A stretch of DNA of 63,686 nucleotides, the filler included, from Hyphochytrium catenoides (taxonomy: Eukaryota > Protista > Hyphochytriomycota): NCBI GenBank assembly GCA_900088475.1. It is 11 parts of 11 records of this genome, joined end to end, with 100 filler letters (N's around TTAATTAATTAA, not from the genome) between each part and the next. Parts side by side here need not be neighbours in the genome. Positions count along the whole stretch, not along the records: positions 3,080 to 15,049 come from FLMG01000562.1; positions 15,150 to 39,868 come from FLMG01001001.1; 9 more parts are not named here. One strand, 5' to 3'. Under the pieces are notes generated by a model that saw only the letters and a program-made list of their open reading frames with translations, ran no database searches and was not told the DNA's origin. This document shows, piece by piece, positions 11,946 to 24,485 of the stretch. A program made the position numbers and the translations under genes. The first letter of the stretch is position 1. The number at the start of each line of letters is the position of its first letter.

Positions 11946-13677
11946 TCATAGCTGCCCCTCCCGCACCATCCTTTCGATCTCTCGGTTCGCTCTCTCCCTT
12001 TCCTCGGGAGAGAGATCGTAGTATCTTTCGCCTGTGTTCTTCTCCCACTGCATGGTATCTAAGTTAGAGCTAAGAGAAGGACTATGTACTTCTGAAGGGA
12101 TAAAGTAGCCAATAGTAAGAAGTAGCAGCAATGTTGTGGAGCAACGTAGGAGGGCCGGGCACTTGCCTGTCTGACATTCCGAATGGAGTGCTTGCTGGGT
12201 TCATATGTGTGATGAGATTTGAACTTCTTATTGTGGTTTGCCAAGAGCTGCTGCAAGTCCAGAAGATCTCGATCTATTTCAAAACGACAATAGTTAGCGG
12301 CAAGAAGGAGCAAGCGAGTGTCAGACATATAAGCCAGAGGACAGAGCGCGATGACGGAGGCTACGCCGGTAATTGGAGGTCGAAGCTTTACGAGCCTAAG
12401 GAAGAAAAGAGAGAAATGGCCATTCAGAGCGAAGGAACTGCGAACAGGTCTATGCCATAGCAACCAACAGCAGCTATGACCTTCTTGTGACATCTTGCCC
12501 CTACTGGAAGACGGGCGTACTTTTCCTCCATTGGCTTTGGCATCTGTCGATGCTTTACTACTAGTCTTCAGCCTTGAAGAAGAAGAAGAAGATACCGACG
12601 CTTTGCTGGAAGCTGTTCGACGGCTTGGTACCTTCGACTGGGCACTTTCCGGACCAGAGGTGGAGCTAGTGTTCACCCTTCCGATGACCCTACCATCCCC
12701 CTAGTATGTAAAAGGAAATGGCGGACCCGGACCACAATCACAGACAAGAAGAAAGGAGAGGAGGTCAGCCAAAGATAGGGCGACCCGAGACATAAAGGAG
12801 GAATGGCTTGACAGGTAAGGGGCAAGTATCATCTAAATCTCTAAAATAAAGGTTTGTCCGGTGTCGCCAAGCCACTTTGGTCACGGTAAAGAGATCATAG
12901 AAGACAGCGAAAGTCATGCGATGCGGAGGGCAAGACAGAGGAAACATATAAGATCCTTCGCACCTGTTGGGCTCGACCTCTATCCTCCGTCCGTCCTGAA
13001 GCGGTAACACTATGAATGGCAGCCCTTTTTCTTCCCGCTTCTGGGATATCGTCCTTTGTGCTCATTGCATTCTCCTCCTCTTCCTCCTCTACTTCTTCTC
13101 CTGGCTGGACTCGAAGTGCAGAGCCTGTGACAAAACAATAAAAGATGGCAAGGTGAAGGTCTGATTGACGATCCGGAGCTAAAGGGGTTAAGCTAGAGAC
13201 AGAACTCTACCACGAAATAAGCGATAGAGAGCTTTGAGACAACCATGGCACCCTACCGAGGTGCTTGCCCAAGTTATGGGAGGCAGCAGATGCACTCAGG
13301 CCTGGAAGCTTTTTGTCGTCCTCTTCTGCTTCTTTGTCCCCTGATCGACAAAATTAAGCGTGACATCATTTAGCCAAAACGGAGAAATGTGCTCAGCTAC
13401 CTGGACGTCCTCTTGATGATCTTTTCTTGGAGCCAGGCGCCAAAGAAGAACTTGAGGGAACTGGCAAGGAGGGGGCCCCATTGCTCTCCTTCAAGGCTCC
13501 ATAATGACTCTCATGAGGTACATCAAACCACGGATCGTGCTTGCCTTCCTTTGGACAAGATTCCCCCTGCTCTATTAACCGCTTCAGGTCGGCAAACTTG
13601 TGCGGCACATCGAAATCAAAGACTTCTTCTTCCAATTTCCCACCAGGCTTTGTCCGACGGCGGGTAGCTTCTTCCAT
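11946..13677 (-). CDS. Multi-exon protein with an N-terminal TPX2-like Aurora-binding motif, Ser/Lys-rich middle and a small C-terminal helical domain
   Basis: ATG 13677: MEEA...EEEVFDFDVPHKFADL...HDPWFD. The last exons splice to LQQLLANHNKKFKSHHTYEPSKHSIRNVRQ/WEKNTGERYYDLSPEERERANREIERMVREGQL*. Internal exon boundaries were only partly resolved. Confidence 0.7.
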
Positions 13678-15149
13678 TTTTAGGCCATGAAGGCCTGTAT
13701 ATATAGGCAAGGCGTTAGATTCTAGTGAAGTCTTTTCACACTCGAAAGGTTGAGAAGCTTCTACTTTGGAACGTTGATATTTGCTCGCTCCACCGAGGAA
13801 GGAGTAAGTGGCCAAGAGTTACAGCAGGCTAGGGTCTTTGCATCTTGTCAGCTCACTACTGCGAGGGTTCGGGCAAGCTGGATAGAAGTACGGCAGAAGA
13901 AGGGAAGGGTTCACTTGTGTCGACTGGCCGCAGTTTTCCACAAGATCTTCCACTTCTAACACCGAGGGGAAAGGAGTCTTTTCAGGTTATACCACTACAT
14001 TGAGGACAACTTCGTATGGTTGTTTCATGAGGTTCACCTACGATGAGCTGTGCAGACCGTAAGTGATGCACTGTACAGCGCGATCGGATGCATAAGGCCC
14101 GATGACAGAGCTTCAAGGGTGGTTTATCATCAGCAATAGAGTGCTCACAGTTCACAGCAACCAATTTGCGGCGCCAAAGAGGACCGCTAACGCCAGTTAA
14201 ACCGCTAACGGCTATCCTGGCCGTTACCAGGTGAACCGAATACCTGATGTCTATGTATGAGCCAACCTCCTTCTCCTACCTGTACTACCTTGTACGCAAG
14301 CAGAGTCTTCCTTCCCAGCAGCAGATGGGAGAAGTAGAGAGGGGAGATGTACATAAAATAGAAGGTCAGCAGGAAGGGCAATGCGGTGGACGATACCAAC
14401 AAAGAGGAAGCGTAAGGAAGACAGGATTTGGAGATACAGTTCCTCTTTCCTCCTTACTCACTACTACTACTACTAACGGAAAAAGCACGCTTTCAAGTGA
14501 TGCCGAGAGCAGAAGATGACGAAGGCGAGGTAGGTGGTGCAAGCCCGATGCCCGCCCGCCCCTTTCCAGATGAGAAGACGCCAAGTCAGTAGGCAGGAGG
14601 ATGGTGCCATGTCGAATACGCTTTAGACTTTGGGACGCACTGAACTAATATTAATATTGAGAAAGCAACAAGCGCTTTGCCATGCAAAGTTCAATCCCTC
14701 CCTACCATCCAACAACTATCCGCACTCTTGAGCGAATGGGAACTAGCACCTGTACCTTGTACTTGTAGATGAGATCGAGGTGTTGCCTTAAAGTCCTTAT
14801 GCATTTGTGAACGGCATCAAGCGATGAGTTGGCGGTGAAAGCAAGGCGAGCTTCAATTCTGGGCCTGTAGTCCCATTGGATATGGGCGGAATCTTGTCGT
14901 CCACGTATGATTGGCTCTGTAGGAGCTACGTATGACCAATTACTTTAGATGCGCTATTAGTTCGACCAACGAGAAGGCAATGACCTCCAAATTTTAGAGA
15001 ATCTACAGAAGCGGTCGGGGCTGTTTACTTTTATATATAGCTACAAATGNNNNNNNNNNNNNNNNNNNNNNNNNNNNNNNNNNNNNNNNNNNNTTAATTA
15101 ATTAANNNNNNNNNNNNNNNNNNNNNNNNNNNNNNNNNNNNNNNNNNNN

Positions 15150-16226
15150 AGAGAGAGGGAGAGAGAGAGAGAGACTTGTCCTGGCCGTCACGGACGCAGC
15201 GACGAGAGGAGAGAAAGAGGAAAATAATGTCTCTAGAAGAGAGGCGATGACTCACCGGCGATACAGAGAAGTTCCACAATCAGGACGGCGAAGAAGAGTG
15301 TCGCGGAACCGAAGAGGAAAGTGATGAAAAGATAAACAATGGAGCTGCACACCGCAATGCCAGCAGAGATAAGTAGCGCCCTCCAGGCCTGTGTGGTGCA
15401 AAGAGGAGAGAGAGAGAGAGAAAGAGAGGGGAGAGAAAGGGATAAATTGAAAAGGAAATAGAGAGAGAGAGAATATAAGAGGGAGGAGACAGAGAGACGT
15501 GGAAAAGAAAGAAAGGGAATGAGGAAGTATAAGTGAGTCTCAGGGAGTTTCTTAGAGAGCACGAAAGGAGAAAGAGTTTTGATATTGGCGCTAGAATGAA
15601 GAGGGAGAGAGAAAGAAGAGAGAGAGAGAGAGAGAGAGAGCGTCAGACTGATTTCTCAAAGAAACTACCTGGACAATGATCCCGGTGAGTGAGGGTACAA
15701 TGGCCTTCGTCGTACTCGTGAAAGGCGACCCTAGAAGAGAGAAGCAAGAGGGGTTATGCAGGTTAGCCAAAGACCGGGAACATATGAAGGAGAAGAGGAA
15801 AGAGAAAGAGAGAAGAGGCATTTCTCTGGTGTCGAAGAGTCAGAAGGCCATTTGGCCCTGTTCTTCAACTTACATTGTGAAAGGAGTGAAAAACTTTCTC
15901 TCTCTCTCTCTCTCTCTTTTTCTCTCTCTCTCTCTCCCTCTCCCTCTCTCCTTCGACATCTCCTCTTCTCTGCCTTACTCTCGCCCTGCTTTCCCTCTAA
16001 TCAGCGTTCTATTCTCTCTCTCTAGTTTCCGTCTTCCTTACCTCCTGATGGCACGCAGTATTGCCCGGACTCTACAGTCTTGATGCTGACAAAAGATACT
16101 TCTTCTCCTGCGATGAGAAGAGAGAGAGTGCCTCCATCTTTCTCCGGGCAGTGAGTCACACACACGCCGAACGTGGGATTGTGCATAGGATCAGGATTGT
16201 ACAGGAAGTAAGCGTCATTGCCTAGC

Positions 16227-16260
<34 letters not shown>

Positions 16261-16454
16261 GAGAGAGAATGAGAGAGAGAATGAGAGAGAGAAAAGAAGT
16301 AAGAGAATGAGAGACAGAGAGGGGTACAGGTGTGAGGTGAAGCCCCGATAAGGAAGGGAGAGAGAAGGACAAAGAGAGAAAGAAACAAAGGAGCCTTGCA
16401 AGAGAAAGTGTGCCATCGAAAGCGATAGTGTGTGGTGGTAATACATGGCTAGAG

Positions 16455-16490
<36 letters not shown>

Positions 16491-16833
16491 GAAAGCACCA
16501 TGGTGGAAGCAAGCTCCTCCAGGGCCAGTATCCCATATCTCTCTCTCTCTAATATGTACTGCCTCACCTTGTTTCCTCATCTCTCTTCTCTCTCACCATC
16601 CTCTCTTCTCTCCTTCATTTCTCCCTCATTCCCTCTCTCCCCCATCTTCTCTCTCTCTCTCCCTCTCTCCTTCGCGACGACGTAGGGCGTACCTGCTCCT
16701 CCGTACTTCCTCGCCACTCCGCAGGGTCTGTCCTTATAGTCCACGGGCCTTGTGCTGCGGTAATAGACAGAGACAAAGTCTCCTTGGAAGAGACTAACGA
16801 CCTGGGAGACAAGGAGACCTGGGACAGGGAGGA

Positions 16834-16889
<56 letters not shown>

Positions 16890-17939
16890 AACGGTTAAAG
16901 GAAAGTTATGACAGAGGAGAAGAGGTGCTTCTCATGCGAGGAGAAGGAGAGAGAATCAACACTAAGCTGAGGAAGCAGTGAACAGCAGAGACAGAAGCAG
17001 AGCAGCTGATCAAGCGGACAAGAGAGAAGAGAGTAAGCAGAAGATATAAAAGAAACACGGGGAAAGGACAGAAAGACAGAGGAAGACAGAGAGAGAGAGC
17101 GCTAATTACCGAGAACAAAGAGGATGAGAAGAGCCAAGCAAGGCACATCTGTAGCCATCCTCCTCTGGTCCCGGGGACTGTGGGTCAAACAGAGTCGTCA
17201 ATGTTAAATAGACAGCAAAGGAAAAGAGAGAGAGAGAGAGAAGAAGAGAGCGAGAGACTTCCAAAGGAAAGAGAGACGAGCTGAAGGAGGACGGGTGAGA
17301 AGGGAGAAAGGGTACGAGAGTATAGAGCACCAGTGGAAAAAAGAGAGAGAGGAAGAGAGAAAAGAAGACAAGCCCAAGAGCGGATCGAGAGAGATACGTC
17401 TGTGAGTGTGAGAGAGAAAGAGATCAAGCGAGCGCGCAGGAGAGAGAAAGAGAGAAACAGAGAGGGTAGGAATCCTTTGAAGAGGGCGGGAGAGAAACAG
17501 CCTTTCTGAGAGAAAGCACTCACTTGCAGGCGCTGTAAACGTCAATCATAAGCAGCGTGTCGTCCACGTGTCTCCTTCCTCCGTCTCCTTGGCCAGCAGC
17601 TTCTCTCTGATGAAGAAGATAGGACGACTCAGTGGGCTCTCTCCCTCCTCTTGTCCCCTCTCTCCCGGTAGAAATACTTAGTGGAGGGCCTCTGAACCTG
17701 CTCTCTTCTTTCTCTTCCTCTCTCTCTCCTTCCTGAGGCTTCCGGAAGGCAATGTGATGCTCTCCTTGAGGAGAAGAACGAGGAAAGAGAGAGGTCCCTC
17801 CGCCTCCTCCTGCAGAGTCTCTTCTTTTCTCTTGTCGCTGGGCTTCAATGTCATCGCTTCCCATCTCTTCTTTTTGTTTCTTCGCAAGCGGGTTGTCCTG
17901 GTCTTCAGGAGGTTGGATCTGCAGAGGGACGTCGGCCAT
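15150..17939 (-). CDS. Choline transporter-like (CTL/SLC44) protein, 3' part cut by contig end
   Basis: ATG 17939 (MADVP...). Exons encode RRMATDVPCLALLILFVLG (R-x-TD-x-x-C TM1 motif), RPVDYKDRPCGV, FLYNPDP...GVCVTHCP, YCVP and TM2 AWRALLISAGIAVCSSIVYLF, matching the CTL N-terminus with its Cys-rich loop. Confidence 0.82.
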
Positions 17940-18327
17940 AGCTCTCTCTCTCTCTCTCTCGGGATTGGACTCTCTCTCTCTCTCTGTTTCTCTCCTCTTG
18001 CTCGTCGTCACTCACTCCTCCGCCAATTAGCGACTTTTTCCGACAGCTTTCGTTCCTTGGTTCTCTTCGGACAGTGAACGATCCACATGAATCTTCAGAT
18101 GGTGCGGCTGAAAGGAAAAAGATCTGCTTTGACAAGAGAAAGAAGAGAACAGGAGAAAGACTTCGCTTATCAGAATGTTGGAAGGGACAAAGAGAGAAGG
18201 TTGGAAGGGAACAGGAAGACCAGGAGAGAGAAAGGGAGAGAGAGAGAAAGAGAGAGGGAAAGAGAAAGAGAGGGAGAGGGAGAGAGAGAGAGAGTTAGAG
18301 AGANNNNNNNNNNNNNNNNNNNNNNNN

Positions 18328-18364
<37 letters not shown>

Positions 18365-18426
18365 AGAAGGGCAAAGCGTCACGACGAGTAAAAAGAAAAG
18401 ATCTTCCGTTCTCATTCTGATCCTTC

Positions 18427-18494
18427 CCATACGGCGTATCTATGGGTTAATTCTAGATAATAAAGACGGGCACAGCCTGCCATACGGCGTATCT
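18427..18494. promoter_or_regulatory. Two copies of the 15-bp CCATACGGCGTATCT, each with palindromic core ATACG-G-CGTAT; candidate cis-element
   Basis: Copies at 18427-18441 and 18480-18494, about 0.5 kb upstream of the CTL start codon. The repeat is seen directly; a regulatory role is inference. Confidence 0.35.
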
Positions 18495-19762
18495 TTGGAG
18501 ACAGTGAACCTTTGTGTAGCCTGTACATAGGAGCAGTTTCTACGGGAGCCGCTAACCGCCAGGATACTGACCCAATCTTAGTTAGTGAGCGCTCTTTCTC
18601 TCCCTCCCCCTCTCTCGCCGTGTCTCTCACTGGCTCTGTCTCCCTCACTCTGTCTGTCTCCCTTTCCCCTCTCTCTCTTCCCTTCCATGCCTCTCGCTTT
18701 GTGTCTGTCTCTGTCTGTCTCCCTCACTCTTTGTATTTCTCCCTTTCCCCGCCCTCTCCCTCGCTTTCCATCTTTGTCTTAGCTTCCTTCGTGGGAGGGA
18801 GGCCTTTCATCTGTTGTCCTTCTCTCTTATCACCGGCCCGGGTCCTGGTCGCCTGATGTTGAAGCAGTCGAACGGAACAATTTGATAGGCACTGCCCATC
18901 TTCTTTCAAAACCGTCGATGGATGATCAAAATAATATATTGAGAAGAGAGCTAAAGCAACGCTGAGCAGCTTCTTAGTGCACTAAGAAAAAGGAGAATGC
19001 AGCATATCTGACCAAGCAGTGCAGACGATTCCTGTTGACCTGATAATGCTACAGATCGAAGAGAGAGAAAAAATCTTGGAGAGAGAAAGAGTTGGCATGA
19101 CGCCTATCACTGGGTGTACATTGAAGCAGTGGTCCCGAACCCAAGCAACACCATGATGGCATACACAATCACAATCTTTCCAACTTTCAGAAAGGATTGT
19201 TGTCTTCCCTCTTTCATGCCTTCCACTGGTCTTATGTTAGAGAATTCTCGCGTGCAGTAGCAACCTCGTTAACTTTCGGAGGCTACAAGATGATGGGACC
19301 TACTTCGTTGTCTAGAAAGACAAGAGGATGCGAAGTGAGAGAGGTGGCTGAGATAATGGTGGCTGTCGTTGGTACACTCCCGACTCACGGCTATGGGCGT
19401 TCCATGAGAAGCGACAAGGGGTTGTGCGCTAAAACATCAGGCCAACCTGCTGCTGCATGCAAAGACTGCCCTATCGACTTCAGGTTGTGAAACAGAGAGC
19501 AGCAGCCCAGCAGCATTCAGATTCCGTAGGTTCTTCACTAGGGTACATGCCAACACGAGGAGAGTATTACGATAGAGTGGCAAAGGGCTGATATGTGATG
19601 AGCTATTCTCACCTAAGCCTTCTGACTGGGGCATGCAGCCACATTTTTCCCCCTTCTTTCACTATGACAAATAGCGCAGCAGACGATAACGAGGTGCTTG
19701 GGCCATAATGGATAAAGCGCAAAGCCAAGAGGGCTAAGAAGCCGAGCAGATTCAAATAAGAA

Positions 19763-19827
19763 GAGCCATCGATTGAGCTGGGAGCCATCGATTGAGCTGG
19801 GAGCCATCGATTGAGCTGGGAGCCATC
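19763..19827. repeat. Perfect 19-bp minisatellite, 3.4 copies
   Basis: (GAGCCATCGATTGAGCTGG)x3 followed by GAGCCATC. Confidence 0.95.
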
Positions 19828-20527
19828 TTGAAGCGCGTCACCCGCCACCTTTCCTTTCCCCGTTTCCTAGCATAAAGCCTGGCGGCCAACCACCAAGCAC
19901 ATATATGCGGACAACAAGCAGAAGTTGTCAAACGCAGAATGTTGAGAAACCCGTCCTCTTTAGAAAAGATCCATTGCAGTCACCCCGGAGGAGAGTGAGT
20001 AAAAGGAGACGAAGTATGAAGAGGCCGGATCAGCCCCTTTCAGAGCGTGTTCTTCATCAAGGAAGAAATGTTCTCTGGTGCGCCTGCAGACTGCAGACCC
20101 GACAGCAAATCTGCAGATTGAGCTTCAGACTTCAGACGCAATCTGGCGCCAGCCCGAAGGAATTGCACCTTCCCACTGTCAAGCCTGTGCCGGCCTCCTT
20201 CACTAATGATAGGCATTTTGGGCTAAAATAACCTAAACATAAACCGCCTTGGGGACTGAAAACTAGATACCCAACTTATAAACTCCGATTCCTGGACTTA
20301 GCTGTAAGGGTAGATGTCTAGGGAAGTAACAACAGGATTTCGGACCCTCTGTCTTCTGCAATGTGGTGTTGTCCTTCCGTTTGTGATGCGGGGCCATCGC
20401 CAGACCAGACGCGAGATTATTTCTGAGCCTTTTCAGTTTCGAGTTTCTGAAGCTTTATCGGCAACAGAATCCCCATAGTATATTGAGACGCTGTGGGTTG
20501 CCGATACGGGCATTCATTATTGGAGCC

Positions 20528-23233
20528 ATGTCGTCGGACGAGGAACGGTCGGCCAAATCTCTGTCTGAGGAGGAGGAGGAGGAGGAAGAAGAGGAGGACG
20601 AGGAGGAGGAGGAGGACGACGAAGAGGAGGAGGATGATGGCGGTAGATCGGGAAAGAATAAGCGCAAAGCAGCAAAAGAGAAAGGTATTATATGGTTTAC
20701 TCAGTTTATTAAGGGGTGCTTCCACCATTCCAGCTGCGCGCACTGCTCTCTTCGAGTCCTGCTCCAGAAAGACTAATCTTGGAACTGGTCCCGACAGGCA
20801 AGAAGAGGAAAAAGAAGGCCCGGTCTGGTGTCAGTGTATTTATAGATGAAGAGGCAGAGGTTGATGAAGATGAAGACGAAGAAGATGAGGAGGAAGACGA
20901 TGATCTGGCGGCACATGAAGAGGCTGAAGTAAGTAAGCGCAGGCAGACTGCCTGCTCTCTCTTCTTCTTCTTTTCTCTTCGGATTAGACATCAGCAGCTT
21001 TGAAAGCCGGTAATAGACTTCTCTCGTCATAGGCGGCTGCCCTCGAAGAGGAGATCTCTATGCGTGCAGAGAGGGAAAGAATACGACGAAGTGAGCACAT
21101 GGACCTTGACAAAGAGACGGCAGAAGAAATTGTCGCCGCGGTGAAGAAGCGTCATCAAAAGACAAGAAGGACTGTAGGCGACTATGATAGCGCACTCATG
21201 GACCACTCAGGTGGATGTGAGCTCCGATGTCCCGGCGATTTTCAGTCTCTCTCTCTTTCTTGGATCGCTTTGTGTCTCTTCATCTCTCTCTAACTCTATC
21301 GCATACTTGTCCTTTGCATGGGACATGCGATCCTTCCTTTCTCAGTGTTCTAAATTACACCTCTGAGTGCGTCCACTTTACTCTCCTTTGCTCCTTTCTC
21401 CTCAAAATGCCTCCACCGGGTGGCTAACTCCCTCCGTCTCTCTCCTCTCGTCTCCTACGTCTTTCTCCTCTCGTCTCCATCTATTCCGTCACTCTTAACA
21501 ATTCTTGCGTCTCTTTCTCCTCTCCCACTCTCTAAACGCTTCCAATCGTCCCGTTCTCTCTCTCTCTCTCTCTCGCTCTCTCTCTTTCTTACTGTGTGTG
21601 TGTGCTCAGAGGTGGCTCAGCAAGCAAAGCTTCCTACTGTTAATGACCCAAAGCTGTGGGTGGTCAAGTGCTCGACAGGAAAGGAGAAGGACGCGGTGCG
21701 CGCTTTGATGGAGAAAGGCATTCACCTGGCCAAGCAGGGCAAGCCCTTGATGATCAAGTCTGCCCTGTGCACTGATACTAAAGGTGAGAGAGACGCTGAT
21801 GGACGAGGGAAAGAGACAGAAAGAGAGAGCACATAGACGCCGATGGGTGGTAAAAAAAACGCTTAAAGTCGGAGACAGAAGAGATAGGGAAGGCAATAGG
21901 CAAGATATGTAAGGGGAAGAGAGAGAGGGAGAGAGAGAAGAGAACGAAGAACACCATACAAACTCTGTTAAGTAGAACGAGTACCAAGCAAGGCTAGAAG
22001 TGAAACCCGCGATGTTACCTCAGAGCGGCCGTCTCTCTCTCTCTCTCTCTTCCTCTTGTTTGGAAACGTCTTTTCTCTCTTTCGCACCATATCTCTGATT
22101 CTACTTATCTGGCTCCTTCTCTGGCTTTCCCCTTCTTCTTTTTTGTGTCTCTCTTGTCTTGTAGGGTACATTTACATCGAATCCGAGAGAGAGTCGTACG
22201 CCAAGGAGGCCGTTCAGGGCCTTTCTCTCATAATGTCTTGGAGCATTCACCTCGTGCCTATCAATGAGATGACCCAGGTCCTTACAATCAGGCACAGGAA
22301 GAAGCCCATCTCTCAGGGAGAGTGGGTTAGGTTTACTAGAGGAATATATAAGGGCGATCTTGCAAAAGTGGTTGAGGTTGGTGTCCAACTCTCTCTCTCT
22401 CTCTCTCTCTTCCCCTTTGCTCCGACGCGGATGTCTCAACCACGCTCTCTCCTTTCTTTTACTCTCCCCTAGTTGTCTCTTCCTTAAAAGCGATTGAGGC
22501 TTATTTGTATCACATTTGTCCCGCATTCTCAAAACCTTTCTCTCTCTTCATCGGCCTCTCTCTTCATATAGCTACTCTCGCTATGCCTTACCACCGGCCT
22601 ACCGGACATATTCCTGTCATCGAATTGCGCCTATATATACTCCTTTGTACTCTGCATGGCCTTGGTCTGCCTCTTCACCGAGCGCGATATCACATCAAGC
22701 TGCCACCCATACCCTTTCTAATGTACTCTTTCCTCTCTCTCTCTCGTCTCTCTCTCGCTCCGCCTGCCCGTTTACTTCAGGTTCTTGACTCTGGTACGAA
22801 GTACTTAGTGAAGTGTGTTCCTCGCCTGGAGGCTTCGGGAGGAATGAGGGTGAAAGGAACAGGGAAGGGACAGCCCAGACCCCAGCAGAAGTTCTTTAGT
22901 GCGCAGGTGATACTTTCTCCTTGTGCAACCCCCGCCCACTCTCGCTCTCTCTTTTTTTCTTCTTCTGACTCTTTGCTAGGTAAACTTTTCTTTATCAGTT
23001 TCTTACTCTTTTCTGGGTAAATGTGTAGTCCTGCTTTTCTGGGCAGCTCTCTCTCTTTTTTATTTTTATAGTGCATTCTGTCTCTCTTGTTCTGCCCTTC
23101 CCTTCCCTCCTCCTTGCCCCATTTCTGGGGTGTCGTTGCCACCCACTTTGATCGTGTCTCTCTCTCTCGTTGTCGTCCAACCTTCCTCTCCCCCCTCTCT
23201 CTCTCTCTCTCTTTCTCTCTCTCACTCTCACTC

Positions 23234-23271
<38 letters not shown>

Positions 23272-24454
23272 GTTGTACTTTCTCTCTCTCCGATTGCTTA
23301 TCGTGACTCATGTTCTATCAGGAAATGGCTCTTGCCGAGGGAGATGTAGTTTCACGTCGTCGCCATCCGATCACAAGCCAGATGATGGACAGCTATGATG
23401 GGAACTGGTACCACCAAGGCCTCCTTGTCAAGGAAGTCAGCACGGCGATGATTTCAAGAGACGACGTTTCTCCTACGCTTGACGAACTGCAGAAGTTCAG
23501 AGATAAGGAGGAAGAAGAAGAGGATGACGACCAAGAGAGAGATGGGGGAGACGGGGGATCGAGAAGAAAGAAAAAAGGTGGACTCTCTGACCTGCTGGAC
23601 GGGTTGGGTGTGGCTGGAAGAGACAGAGAGAAGAAGATAAACCTTGCCAAGGGAGACACAGTGAAGGTGGTAGAGGGAGATTTGAAAAACTTGATGGGTG
23701 TCGTGGCGAATGTGGATAACACGACCGGGATCGTGAAGGTCATTCCTCTTCATGAGGAAATTAGAGACACACAGCTGGACTTCGCAGCCTCGCAGGTGAG
23801 GCGAGAACCGAGCAAAGAGAGCGCCGCCCTCTTTCCTTCTTCTCTCTCTCTTCTCTAGACCGAGTTCTCCAGTTAGAGTTATGTCTTTCTCGCGTGCCGT
23901 AGTCAGTAACTTTCCTCACGACCTCTCTCTCTTCATTGGTTTCTTTCTTTCCCACATCACTGACTCTTTTCTCTTTTTTCCCTTGGGTGTGGGTACTTGC
24001 AGCTCATGAAGTACGTGAAGATTGGGGACCACGTGAAGGTGATCGATGGGCGGTACAGCGGGGAGACAGGTACTGTCGTTAGCCTGGACAACGGGGAGGC
24101 TGGCGCGCCGATTGCCATAGTTCTGACCGATAGCAGTGCAAAAGAGATACAGGTCGACTTGTCACTCTTCTAATCTGTCTTCCCATCCTCTCTCTGTCTC
24201 TCTTTCCCTGTCACCTGTCAGGGCCATGAAATCGTCCTTCTTTCTTGTTGAGCGACGTGTTCTCCTCTCTCTCGCCGTGGCCGAGTGGTCGATGAGTGAT
24301 CTTTCACGGCTTCAACACTAGTGCACGTCTGTCTTCTCCTCCTGCTTCCCAGTTTCTAGACCGATGCGCTTCATACTCTATGGCTGAAGACGCTGAGTCC
24401 TCTCTATTGCAGTCTCTTTTGGACTTCACTGCCACGCTCTCTTATTCTCTCTCT

Positions 24455-24485
<31 letters not shown>

